From Podarcis bocagei (Eukaryota): 64,000 nt of DNA. The stretch lies in assembly GCA_964188305.1 (NCBI GenBank), contig OZ076889.1, one strand, 5' to 3'. Shown piece by piece: positions 25,685 through 38,749 of the stretch. Numbering within the stretch: the first letter of the stretch is position 1; each line of letters begins with the position of its first letter. A model generated the notes under the pieces. It did no database searches. It worked only from the letters and a program-made list of their open reading frames with translations, and was not told the origin of the DNA. The translations under genes were made by a program, and so were the position numbers.

Positions 25685-27069
25685 CTGTACAAAACAAAAA
25701 AAATACACATATAGATAAACAGCACTGATTTCAGGTCAGCTGAAAAGGAAGTCAACACACATCTCACGGCTCCATCAATTAGCACATAACCAATAACCAA
25801 TACCACCATCATCAAGCCTACCCAAAGGAAATCAAACACTTTGCATTGTAAGAATGTGCCATTAAGACTAATAGAATGCCAATGGCTGCCATTCAGATTA
25901 ATGTGCAACTGGGAGTCTGGTTCCGTCATCAAGCAAACTTGTGCAAAAAAAACACTTTTAAGGCGCCGTTAATGGCAGTAACTGCAGCAGGTTTCAAAGC
26001 TAAGCCACCATACTGAAATTCCCAAAGCGTACCCACAGTCAAAGGAGGTGGCAAACTCCTATGTTTTGAGCAGAGGGTGTGTGAAGCACAATCTGATACC
26101 TCTGTTACAACATCTGGGGTCTTCTTCAGTGTAAGACATGGTTATTCATCCAATAAATAATGAGTTATCAGCCATCCCACTTGTTCTTGTTATAATTAAA
26201 AAACTTCATGAATATAAATTCCAGTTACCAACATCTTGAGAAGTGTCTAGACGTCTGCTTAAACATGTGAATGTGTATCTGTGGACTGGGGCACATATGA
26301 AAGTCCCATCCGCACTGTCCCAGTGTGGGCTGTCCTGTCCACTCAGTTCCTAGCCTCTCCTGTGCTGATGTTCTCATGTGCTCATGCTCAAGCAAATGTG
26401 AGTAAAAACCCCTGCAGACATTTCCTGCTCTGGAAAAATATACTAACCACCACAATTCGCAATCTCATCTAAATGTATCAGAAGCTGGAAATGTTCATTT
26501 CTGCTTCATAAAATATGAGATTTTGTAGTGAATATTTCAAGCAAAGCAAAAAAAAAGTGTTATGTGTTGGTTTTTTATTAATTAATTTTTTTATTGGAGA
26601 TTTAAGATATGCTTTCATTGTACAGTATGACAATGCAAACAGCAAGTATTCCCATTCAGAAGCACAATTTTAAAAATAAACAATCCAGATTTAGAATAAA
26701 TACAAATCAAAATAACTTAAATTGTTTTCCAGATATGTATATTGGCAGGTGATCAATATATAAAATCAAACTTTTAATAAAACAATCACAATGTTAAAAA
26801 ATATGGGGGCGGGGGCGGAGAGAATAAATAAGGTTTAAATCAACCAGATCCATTTGTACGCTGGCAATGGGCACTGCCCATGTTATTTAATATTTGTATA
26901 AACCACAAAATCATACCAAACAGAAATAAATTTATCTATCTTATTCTGGCCTTTCAAAACACTTAGTTTGCAAGTCCATTTTTCCAGTAAAACTATATCC
27001 CATATTATATAGGACCAGTACTTTATGGTGGTCTCTCTAGTGTCAAGCTATGGGTGCCATATAATTGTT

Positions 27070-27255
27070 AACTTCATACCTCTTCCTTCCTTCCAAAGTA
27101 GCACAGGGCAGGCTTTTTGCTTCAAAATCACCCTACAAGGTAGGTTCTGAGGTATGCCCAAGGCCACCCAGAAAGCTTCATAGCTGAGCAGGGAATATGA
27201 ATCCGAGTTTCCCACATCCAAAGCCAACATTCTAGCCACTTCACCACACTCTGGC
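27070..27255 (-). mobile_element. MIR/Squam3-like SINE remnant
   Basis: accctacaaggtaggtt...gcccaaggccacccagaaagcttcatagctgagcagggaatatgaatcc...tctagccacttcaccacact. Confidence 0.65.
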
Positions 27256-30200
27256 ACTCAAGTTTCCTTCTCCTCCCACAAATTCTGACCTTTACTTTAA
27301 TTCCCCAGATTGTCCTCATTTGATCTTTGGCACTATTTTATGAGGTTTATATGGGATTTGGGGGTAAAGGCTTGCCCATTAATAGACCCCAATGTAATTT
27401 CTTAATCATATCTGGAATTATACTAACCAAACCAAGTAATTTTGTAAAGAACAAGCCTAGCAGCTTCCTAGTTAAAGCAAAAATAACGGCAAAAGTTTGG
27501 TTTTGCTTGTCCCCGTCCCCCCCCCACTTTTACTAAACAAAGTGAAGTCTATACCAAAGATGAATCATCACCCATCACCCATATTGTGTATATGGTCAGC
27601 ACAACTGTTAGCATTGACTATTTCACTTTCTATTTTTGAAAGTGAAAAGGATGCCAAGTAGCAAGACAATATTTGAGGCATAAAGGAAAAGGCATGAAAC
27701 GAAAGCTAGTGTAGTTGAGGGCACAGAATGTAATTTTTACATAATCGACAGCAGCATAACTATGGAAATAAGAACCTATTTGCCATTTCTAAGCCACCAA
27801 TCAGCTTCAGCTTTTCATCTATGGAGTTAAAAACACCACAGATTTGTGCACCCTTAACTAGCTCATGACTCTTGTGCTTGCACAAAGCATTAAAGAATGG
27901 TTTCGCATTATGAAGATAAGCAACAGTGAGCCACAGACTTGTGCACTCCCCATCCTCCTCAGGCAGCTGCAGCTCAACTTCATATGCTAAACCATGTTTG
28001 TGCAAACTTGGGTGTTTGCCAGTTTTTTGCTCTAAAAGAGGATAAAGAATCCTTCCCTCAAAATGCACCATTACTGACTTTCAGACAGAAATTAATCGGT
28101 CATCACCTGTATTCTGTCTCTGTCTGTGTCTGTCTGTCTCTGTATTAGGGGTGGGGAGGAGATTTTTACATACACACAAGAGGAAAAATAATTTAGCTCA
28201 GGAGGAGATGCAAAGTTCCAATATATCACATGGTTCAGACTTCCACTGGGTAGAAGAAATGGAAAGGCTGAATGCAAAAAGCATTAAAATGTATGGGATT
28301 CCATTTTTTACTATTGTCCTTACACACCAGATCAGTAATTCTTATACACTGGTAACATTTGTCTGAAAGAAAGCCTCTCCTTACAGCATTTGTTGACCAC
28401 CCTAAGTAATTGACAGAAGGTCTTTATTCCTTAGAAAGAGACATAATCTGCTTTATAGACATAATTAAGCATAGCCATTTTCTTTCCCTTCAACAACTTA
28501 TGACCAAAATTCTGGGATTCAAGGTGTATTGGTATCAGTTATTCCAGGTCCAACAGGTGCAGTATTTTTGTCAATAAAAATAACATTTGACATTCATTAA
28601 AGTGCGCACATTTACCATTTATGTGCTTGTATACTGAAAGTCCTGTCCAGGTAGTGCAAACATTTCAGTTTAATATCTAACTAATGCTGGCAGAGCTGTA
28701 ACAAACCACAAATACATGGTGGTCATGTTTGGCTGTTTACATTTTTGGATAAAACGTGTTTGATGTTGCAGACACCTTCGCCGGACAATCATAGGACCCT
28801 GGAGCAACATTACAGGATATCCTCCCAGGGCACCAAGCAGAAGCAGTATGCAATCAACTACTCATCACCTTTCGACAGTTGCCAAAGTAGAAATAGCTAT
28901 ATACTGCAAAAGTCAAAAACTACTCAATGTTAAATTTTGGTACAGAAAGATATGGGAACATCTCATCTTGGGCAAACTGGCACACCAAATAAGATTTTCT
29001 AAGAATGGTTTAAATCAATAGTATTGACCCCTGGTATCCATGTATAATAAATTCAGGGAGGTCACTCCTGAATTTAGCTTGACTAATATTTACCAAATCA
29101 TTATGCACTATTTGAAATATTGAATCCTTGTTTTTGCTTGTCCAGGTTCATCTCTCCAATTGTGTAGTTATTAATTTTTTCTTGTGTTTTAAAATTTGTT
29201 TTTAAAAATCCATTATTTAAAATCTTAAAACAAAAAAACCTTTCAACAGGGTCATTTGTAGCTCCTTTGCCTCATCCTGCCAGGATGGAGTAGCAGCAAA
29301 GTGTCATAAAAGTTTGTCCTTTCCATTTTCAGTTCCACACCAAAAGCTACTAGGAAAAGAAGGAATGCCTTTATTGTGGCACAATGAGATCTGAATAGGT
29401 GCCCTTGTATTACAAATAGAACAATTCTAATCACCATACTAAGATAGGCGGAATCTACACACACATAAAAAATGTTGTGAAAATGCTTTTTAAAAAAAGT
29501 TTTGAAAAACACATTGAATTTGTCATAGCTCACTGTCGCCATCTAGTGCCACATTTGTATACTGCACTTTACAACACACTTAAAACGTTTTATTTGCAGC
29601 TGTGTAGCTGAGTCTATAGACACTTTCTATACTAATCCAATACAACCATCTCTGCTGTCCCAAAAGTATTTTTCCTCCCAAAGGACTGATCAAATCTGCT
29701 GACAAGTTGTACACAAGACACTTTTGAACCATTAACTGTAAGCTTGATTTAAAGGAAATCTGCAAGACTTTCTATATATTTCCTGTACACTTTTTCCTTC
29801 TTCCTTACCAGGTATAGAGGAGGTTCTTTCAGCTGGGGATGGGAGATGGAGTAGAGGAAAAAAATATGTTTTTTAAAGCTTTATTATAAATTCAAGTATT
29901 ACTGGTTTTGGAATGCTAATGGATAGTGAATAATCTAGTGGAATATCAGAAGCACAAAGTACAGGAATACTGATCAAGAAGGGAAAGGCTTTTAAAAATC
30001 AATGGTGATTTCAGAAACACCTGGAAGAAGTGATCTTCTGATGGGGTAGGGATGCATGCAAAAACTCCTAGACTAAATTAATGGCCAAGAAAAATTATTA
30101 TCCCAAGTGTGCATATTTGTATGTGTTTTAAGAAAAGGGAAGGGTAGGGGGAAAAAGTTGTAAACCAGTTGGGGGACAGTAAAATAATAAAGCAGGCACT

Positions 30201-32074
30201 CTTTTTACATCATAAAGTTGGAAAGACAGGGAAACAAGCATAATTTCTCATTCCTTTGTAGGCCATCTTAAAAGAGCAAGCAGAAATTTTATTCTAAGGC
30301 CACTAAACATAGTGTAACTTCTCTGTAAAGTGAATGAATGGTCTTAATGAAAGTATGTCCAGGATCCAGCTCCAAACTGCAGTATACTCAATTACATTTT
30401 TTTAATAAAAGCTCTCTATCACACAAAGTGCTGCTCTTCCAAAGACAGCAGGCATCGCAATAAAGCTGCCAGCCAATATTTTATTGTTTCAGGAGATTTC
30501 CAGCATACTATAATCCCTTGCTGGTGAGCCTCCCAGAGTTAAATAGATCCCCAAAACAGCTTAGAATAATGCAGTTCAGAGACTCTAAAGTTCCACAAAC
30601 CATCTAAACATCGGGGGTGGGGGACAGAATCCTGCACACTGTATTTAGCAGTGCTATTTATAATGCAAAGTTTGCCAGTGTAAACTAGCAAAGAATATAG
30701 TATTCAACGTACTGCTGGGCAGAAGAAGAAGAAGAAGAAGTAGTCAAATGTATAGATCTACGGTTAATGTTCTTCATCTACAATGGCATGAAAAGCACCC
30801 CGGATATGCAGCCAAGCCATGGAAAACGGATCGCCAGGTATCCTGGTCCCTTTGTGTGGTGTGCACAACCTCTCGGCTTGGACATATTGCAGACGCAGCA
30901 AGGCATCTGTTACATTTGCTGGCTGGCCTGGAATGCCCTGCACAGCTGCCAGTTGGAATGCAGGGTACAATGAAAACCTCTTCTGCTAGCACAGGCATAC
31001 CTCCCATCAAATCGTGGGAGTTATTTTTCCAAGATACACACATGTCAATTCAATACGCATTGTGGCACTTGGTTGGGACTTAATAATTAAAGGGCCCACC
31101 AGTGCCCTGAACAGAATGCAAAAGCAAGAATCGCATCTAAGAGACCTGATGCATTATTCAGAAGGATGGAGTGTGGCATTCTCTCTCCCTCCCTCTGCCC
31201 CCCCCCACCCCCATGCTCCAAATGGCAGTTCATCTACAAGAGCAAGAGCAAACCTCCAAATCTATGGGCTCTGGATGGAAAGTGTCAGGAAGGCCAAGGT
31301 AGCAAGTGAGGGAGAAACTCGTATCAGTGGGTACCAACTACATGTTAGTGTTACATCTAACATGGCAAGGATGGATCTTCACAAGATCACTGAACTTTCC
31401 CGTTCCGTGTTACTTGAAGGAATCATCCATTTACCCTGGATTAGGCTTCTCTCCTGCATAAAACTCACCAGCAACCGGGTGCACAGGACAGTGTTAATTG
31501 GCGGCGGCGGCAGCTACATCGAAGCAGACAAACTGGATCCTACCCACCCTGAAAGTGCTTTTCTGGATAAGGAGATAGAAGCCGGGCATGCTGCAGGCAA
31601 CCAATGCCAGTCACTTTGAAAGGAAGACACCACAAGGGATTATCACTCCTGCATGTAGCTGAGGGCCAAGACTACACTCACCTGAAAGTGGCCAACAGAG
31701 GGCGTAAGTGAAGGATCTCCCACTGGGAGAGAAATTGAAAGTTCCGAGGTGAAAGCTGGAACTGTCTGTCATTTTCTGTAGGGGAGGGGATTAAGAGCTA
31801 CTTTTGTACAGCACTCTTGTGCACTGCTTTTGTACTTTAGACACCTTGCTGCTTATTTTCTTCACTCTTATTTTCAGGCTTTTGCTGCTAGATATGTACA
31901 CTGTTTCACAGTTGTACCTGAGATAAGTAGGTAGTAATTTATGTTGTGAGAATCACTTGCTCACTCGCGCGCGCTCTCGCTCTCTCTCACACACACACGT
32001 GTATTATAACCACATTTATGTAACTGTGTTAATTTTTGTATTGGATAGATAATATCCTCTGACATATACCGCCT

Positions 32075-32452
32075 GTTTTTTAAATTTGTTTAATCGTTTT
32101 TTCGATACAAACATCAGCCGCAAAAGACACATACAACAAAAACCATAATAACAACACAATTTGACAGTTCAGATTTGAATACACTGATATACCTACGACT
32201 ACACCTTTCTAAACAATATTTTCCCACCTCTCTCTCCTCCCCCTACTTCCCACCACTATCCACCTTATCACTTAAATATTTGTTCCAGATTTCTTCATAT
32301 TTATCCATTCTTATTTTGCGTTGACATGCAATTCGTTCGTATGTAGCTAATCTGTCCATATTATCAACCCATGTGCTCAATGAAATTTTTTTGCAGCTCT
32401 TCCAATTAATCAAAACAAGTTTTTTTGCTTCTAATATAGCACGGTACATCCA
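32075..32452 (-). mobile_element. L1/Tx1-clade LINE 3' fragment (ORF2 C-terminus + 3' UTR)
   Basis: ORF 32243-32584 contains AILEAKKLVLINWKS...STWVDNMDRLATYERIA...DKYEEIWNKYL, typical of the non-mammalian L1 ORF2 C-terminus; polyT (rc polyA) at about 32075. Confidence 0.8.
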
Positions 32453-33615
32453 TGTTTTTGACCCCTTGAAATCTCCCACGTTGACATATATTGCCTGTTT
32501 ATGTTTTATGTTGCAAACCGCCCTGTGGTTTTCTGACAAAAGGCAGTATATAAATTTAATAAATAAATTAAAACACACCAGCAACAGATCCTGTGAGGAT
32601 GATTCCTATGTACAAAGTGCTGCACTAAGATTTGGGATTGTGACATGTTTCTGAAAGAAACAGTCTTTATCACTAATGTCATAAGATAACTAGGGGGAAA
32701 GAAGTCATGCTCCATTCCACTGGTCACCTTATCATCATATAAGTAGACAACTTCCCTTCGTAAGGTTCACACAGCAACCAGGATGCTGTATAGGAGGGAC
32801 AGGGTTGAAAAGCCTTCTTAGAAATAGGGCAAGAATCAAAAAAGAACCTGATTAGGCAATTCTTGACTTTTGTCTGACACCCTTCATACTAGAGGCTGCA
32901 AAGGTGGAGAATGGGGATAAATGGCCAAGGCAGAGAAAATCCTAGAAAGAGGTAACAAACAGTTAACTAGCTAAGTGATCTGAGGTCAGAAAAGTGAAAG
33001 AGCAATGTATTTTATTAAATAAATTATGCAGAATGTAGTGAACAAAGGCGGAAGGATGAGAGCAACGGGATGAAAAAAAGCTCAAGCCAGTAGAGAAGAT
33101 TTTAGCTGGATCACATCAAAGCGTTTCAGTTAAATGCGTTGCAAATTTAAGCAGGGAAAACAGGTAGAGAAAAACAAGACTCCACAGCAGTGCCTGGTGG
33201 CACAATGTTATATCGCATGTACAACACATATAAATTGCTTTTTCTTTGCCAATCTAGCGGAGTCCTTGTTTAAAGCTTGGAAGGGAGGGAGTTGGGTCAC
33301 ATCTAAGAGAAGTGATGCCAAGAACAGAGTGTCACAATAATGGGTTGGAAGAGTTATACCGTATACATGTTATATTTTATAACGGTAGTAAAGTAGCAGC
33401 CAACTTGTATCCTTTCCACACATTTTTCTCTCCTTACATAATATAATTCCTTAACTAGGAGAAGACATCAGGTCTGGCTATAGTATCACAGGTTATGATG
33501 GGGACTAGCAGGTAAACAGTTGCAGTAAGCTTAGCAAGTCTCTTAAGCTGCTTGATCAGCTCAAATCCATCTTGATCAGCTCAAATCCATTTGGATCCAT
33601 CAGAGCAATGGATCC

Positions 33616-33727
33616 AAACTACAAGAAAGAAGATTCCACCTAAACATGGTGGATGGTGTTTCCTGCTTGGCAGGGGGTTGGACTCGATGGCCCTTGTGGT
33701 CTATTCCAACTCTATGATTCTATGATC
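33616..33727 (+). mobile_element. CR1 3' end with internal deletion
   Basis: aaactacaagaaagaagattccacctaaacat joined directly to ttcctgcttggcagggggttggactcgatggccc...ttccaactctatgattctatgat. Confidence 0.8.
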
Positions 33728-35454
33728 ATTATGAGATTGCATGAGATGTTATTGAACTTGTTACTTTGAAAGTTCTTTGCCAATTCTCTAAATGAACTTG
33801 CACCACCAAGCCATTCTGCACTTCACAGGCTGGAGAGAATTTGTGTTGATGACTTCTCTCTTTGCACCCTGAATGCTCTTCAACATGCCTGAAGCAGGGA
33901 TATCCAGGCATTATTCTAACAATTTAGCTCATAAGAAGACAGTGCAAGACCCTTGAGGATACTTCTTTGCTAAATCTCTAGAGTAAAGGCCTGAACAGGC
34001 TCAGTACTACCATGCCACATGGTCTGCCAAATGTCAGGCCCCAAAATTCATACTACTGTGATATAATATGAATATTTTTGTAACAGAATATGATTTTAAA
34101 AATGGGGGGTGGGGAGGAGGCAAAGCTCCTGTAAAGAGGGTTAACTGTGCCCAATAAATGATCTCATTATTAAAAACACCGTGCCCCGAAAAAATGTCCA
34201 GCAGCGATTGCAACGGCTTGAGCCATTTGGTGCACCTGGTGGAGTTACAAGACTTCTGGGAAACATCATTACTTTGGGGCAGAGCTTAACATCTGCATTT
34301 GTGGGAGGTCTGACAGATTTCTGCAGGATGGGAGACAAGGTTCAGAATTTCTACTTAGCTGTAAATGCAAAGTAAATTATGGGGCAGTTTCTGACATTCA
34401 TTAATTATATTTTAAAAATGAACCAGCACAGATAATGATGAAAATCTGGATGGATGAGTTCTGCTTCCAAACTTAGACATGCAGTCAACACACCGGCTCG
34501 GTACACTCCAGCAGATGCCGTCTAAGCCTTTAAATCGCACACTAATTGTGCTAATTGAGCTAACAGTCGCTGTTTCGTCTCCCAGCCCTGAGTCAACCAG
34601 CGTCTTCTGGTACTGCTACAGAGATCCAAGCTGTTGGCTTTAGTGTTATTTTGTCAGCCATTAAATGATTCATCAGAGTCATTAATTGATTTATTACTGC
34701 TGCCTGCAAGTATAGCTTTGCAAATAAAGAATGATGTAGGTCAGAATGCAAAAGAAATTGAACAAAACAACACAGCGAGGAACTGGATGCTTAAATAATC
34801 TGTAGGAATCCCACACAGAGATTTTTAAAAAAAGTTATGGGGGCAAAGGGAGTTAAGTGGAGGAGAGGAAAGATGCGCCACTGTTTGACTCCAACATGAT
34901 GGAATCTACTCAGCTACCCAACTCTAACCTTCAGCTGCATGCAAAAGGCATCATGAGCTGTCGCGAGAGCCCATAGCCATCCAAAGAAGTGATCATTTTC
35001 TTCTGTTAAATGATCCAAAGCTGGAAACAAAGTCAAAAGGATTCCACAACAGCTGAAGATGGTTTGATGTGAAAGGACCACAAAACCAGGTTTCAGACAT
35101 GCATACTAAAAAAGAAAAGAAAAAAATGATTCCATTTCTGTGGTGCTTTCACAGCTGACTAATTCATCATGAAGACTGCAGACAGTGGTTACATGCAGCA
35201 GGCTAAAGAGCCTCATTTATTAAGAGCAGGGCTCCTCCTAATTCAAGACCCAGTCAGAGCAACCTGGGCATTCTCTGGCTGAGAAACACAAAACACAACT
35301 CTGTCTGCATTCTGACACTAGTAAATCTGAAGCCTTTGTAATTAGATGCAAAGTCCAGACTATGAACCCATTACACAACTTTCTTTTTGTGCCCTCAACC
35401 TATAAGATAGTTATAGTAGGAATCTTGTGCTGATTTTGATCTAATGCAAAGTGA

Positions 35455-36205
35455 AGGTATTTATAATCAACTTGGACAAAGAAGTGGAGGAGATGCTCAT
35501 GAAGATCTGCAGACATCACCCAATTGAGCAACTAATACTTTCAGAAGCAGAATCTGGATCCAAGATGATCGCAGCAAGATGGAAAACTGGCCCAAAATTA
35601 ACAAAATGATTTTTAAACAGGGATTAATATAAAGTTTTTCATCTGAGTAGAAAGAGTAGAATAGAATTCTAGGTTGTGTCACCAGAAGTAGAATGTCCAG
35701 AGTAATGTCCGGAGTATTGGTAGTGTCTACTCTATTCTGCTTTGGTCATACTTCTGGGCTGCAAAGTTTAAGATGGATACGGACAAAATGGACTGCAGAC
35801 AGAAGAAAGTGATAAAGATGGTAACAAGGAAGATCATGTCATTTGAGGAAAAGTGGAAGGAGATGGGTATGTTTAACTTGGAGAAGAGATGTTAACAGTC
35901 ATCATCAGATATCTGAAAGGCTGTCAGATAGATAGACCAAATTAATTGTATGTTGCTCTGGAGGGTAGGACCAGAGCCAAAGGGTTCAAATTACAAGAAA
36001 AGGAATTTAGACTGAACATTAGGAAGAACTTTGTGATGGCATGAGTTGTACAACAGTGGAAGAAACCGTCTTGGAAAGTTAAAGGTTTTCAAGCAGAGGT
36101 TGAGTGTTGCCACCAGCCAGGGATTTTGTAGTAGTAGGTTTCCTGCATTGGCAAGAGGCTGGGCTAGATGAGAGCTGAGGTCCCATCCAATCTTTTAATT
36201 TAGGA
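35455..36205 (+). mobile_element. Old CR1 LINE (RT C-terminal region to 3' UTR), degenerate
   Basis: Decayed FINDL..MLMKFADDT-like region (tttataatcaacttggacaaagaagtggaggagatgctcatgaagatctgcagac), gggtatgtttaacttggagaagaga, ttacaagaaaaggaatttagactgaacattaggaagaact, and tail tcctgcattggcaagaggctgggctagatga. Confidence 0.85.
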
Positions 36206-36331
36206 TATTCATATACAGCTTTACACAAATGGACAATTCATTCCACCCCAAGGGCTGCACTGCAGCCTCTTTTTATTTATTTTTGTTCATTAAAGACTAA
36301 AAGCAACAGCAATTTGCATAACATTTTAGAG

Positions 36332-36509
36332 CACTGGTCTTCAACTGGTGGGTCGGGACCCACAAGTGGGGTCATGGACTGATTTGAGGTGGGTCACAAC
36401 AGGAGCACTGCCGCCATGCAAATATCTGGTAAAAGATGAAGAAATGGGTCCCCAAATGCATGCTTGGGTTAAAGGTGGGTGCTGGGTATGAGAAGGTTGA
36501 AGACGACTG
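36332..36509. mobile_element. hAT MITE with 8-bp TSD
   Basis: TIRs cactggtcttcaac / gttgaagacgactg; TSD ttttagag (36324-36331) / ttttaaag (36510-36517). Confidence 0.75.
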
Positions 36510-36517
36510 TTTTAAAG

Positions 36518-36726
36518 AGCATTGAAAGTGCTTTCCATTAATCTTTGTAACAAGCCTGTAAGGTTGGTCAGTATTATAATCCCCACATTGCAGATTTTGG
36601 AGGGAGGCGAGCATGGAGAAGGGGCTGAGAGGAAGTCACTTGCCTAAAGGCCTTTAATGAAGCAAGATTTAAAATGGGGAATTCCCCAGTTCATAGTTCA
36701 GGCTCCTAAACTACTACACACCAGCT
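36518..36726 (-). mobile_element. MIR-like SINE remnant
   Basis: taatctttgtaacaagcctgtaaggttggtcagtattataatccccacattgcagat...ggctgaga..aagtcacttgcctaaagg. Confidence 0.6.
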
Positions 36727-38614
36727 ATAGACAGGTGGGGTTATGAGTAAGTTTCAAAACAACAGTAAAATCCATTTAAATAAAGTAAGATCAGAGAGTC
36801 AAAGCACAAAACAAAGCACTTGCATGTCAGTACTGCAGGTCTAAGACAGCAGTGGCTTAAGATACTGCATGCAATTAGAATGGAAGAACACTGCAAGGTT
36901 TTCAGCATTACATTTATTGCAGAGGGTGCTGCTGCAGGGGAAAATAGAAACTTTTCAGAGGTTTCCATGTGAGGCTGCAACACTGATGCTGGACTCCAGT
37001 TCCAAGAACTCGTACTTGGACCACCACTGGATTTCTCAAACCTCATACTGCTTACACTCAGGCGTAGTTTACACACGTGACAAAACAAGGTGTTACTTTG
37101 AGGCAGTGCTATGGACGGTACCACTTCAGGCTACAGGTGGGGCAATACCACTTTTGAACACTCCACTGCATTAAAAACACGCTTTCCTACAAGCAAAAAC
37201 AAAAAAAACCCTAGCACATCATACAGAAGGATTTTAGTCCAGCCCTGCCTTTGTCAACTTGCTGGGATTTGTCTGTTTGTTTGTTTTTCTAAGATGCACT
37301 CAGAGCAGCTTCTGGCACCTGCGGTCTGAAGTGGTACAGTCCACTCATACCAGCTTAGGACTCTACCACTTGATTCTTCCGCAGGCCTCAGAAATAATTA
37401 GTCAAGAGCCATACAAGTGGAACACAAATTATACTTCCCCCAGCCTGCCATTTGTAATAACCTCCACAAAACAGGAATTTCTATGGCTCTCTGGTTTGAA
37501 TTAAATGTTGGCTGCTTAAAAGGCCGGGGGGGGGGGGGCCTGCGGTGCAGAGACGGAGGTGCCCTCATGCTAAACATTCTCTTAAAAACTTCCGGAGGTA
37601 CAACACAACCATCCTCACCCAGTCCTGACAATGTTTTGGTAGAGTATCTGGAGTGTGTCATTCCACCAGAAGGCAGTGATGTAATCTCCACAGGAATGGT
37701 TATTCTGTTCTTTTATCTCGCACCTCACTCCTGGTGTGATTTACACATAGGCAGACTGGGGCCTGCTCCGTGGAAGACAAACAGCAGTTCACTCTCCAAC
37801 TCCAGATTAGCTATGAAAACAATTTGCCTGTGCTTACACAGAAGCCCTACTCTCTGGAAACCAGCCAGGCTTGGGGGAGGGCAGGGGAGGGAATTAAACA
37901 AGGCCCATCTAGCCTTTAAACTATTATGAAATGGGAGGATTTCGGTGCCCTGCATTTCAGCGGCAAGCTAATAGTTCTGTGATTTTAATCCAAGGAAGAA
38001 GAGGAGGAGCTCTGACATACAGAACCACCGACTGAATACAAGCTCTGTCCCTGCCTCACTTGAATAGAAGGGAGGATTTGGATGGATCATATGAAAACTG
38101 AAAGCTCAGTTCTCTAGAAATTGTTCACCTGCAGCTTATCTATCATTTCTAGAGCTCGGGTTGCTTTACAATGGCACGTTTAATTTAATCCTTGTAACAA
38201 CTTTGTAAGGTATGTTAGGAATAGTGACTCGTCAGAGGCCAGATAGCGAGCTGCCTCCTCCCCCCCACCTCACCCTGAAATTTTCATAATATAGCCCCCC
38301 CCTATTAACAATGTGTAGAAAAATCACACTAATATTAGCCTGCTGCACCGCTGGCTCATATTTTCCCAGCAATGCTACTATCAGAAGATCCCACTACTAT
38401 CAAAAGGCACAACTAAACACCTTTGTGGAAGGAGAAAATGATACACCGAGTTTACAAGTCTCTGGCCCTTTCCTCCTGGCATTTTGTTGCTGTGGTCCAC
38501 TTGCTCTCCTTTGCTTTCTGCAGAGCTTGCTGGGACCCTACACTGACTGGACGCTCCAAGTCTTGGCAGAGACTTCCTATCCATGGTTGTTTATAGAGGC
38601 ACCTTCTTTTAGAG

Positions 38615-38749
38615 ATGTGACGGCCATACTCAGCCTCCAGCTGTTTTGGGACTACAATTCCCATCATCCCTAGCTAACAGGACCAGTGGTCAGGGATGAT
38701 GGGGATTGTAGTCCCAAAACAGCTGGAGGGCCAGGTTTGGACATCACTG
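38615..38749. mobile_element. Palindromic hAT MITE
   Basis: 38-bp arms 38634-38671 / 38692-38729 with one mismatch; right terminus gtttggacatcactg; TSD-like ttttagag / ttttagaa. Confidence 0.85.

Noticed and set aside
25591-25932. 113-aa minus ORF overlapping exon 5
   Set aside because: Different frame from the SSBP3 exon; remainder is intronic.
31014-31619. 201-aa plus-strand ORF
   Set aside because: Non-ATG start, no recognisable domain, antisense within an intron; consistent with chance in a GC-richer block.
34181-34375. ORF with LGNIITLGQ superficially like SSBP WEKNITLGE
   Set aside because: Similarity limited to a few residues, wrong strand, no splice context; not a duplicated exon or pseudogene.
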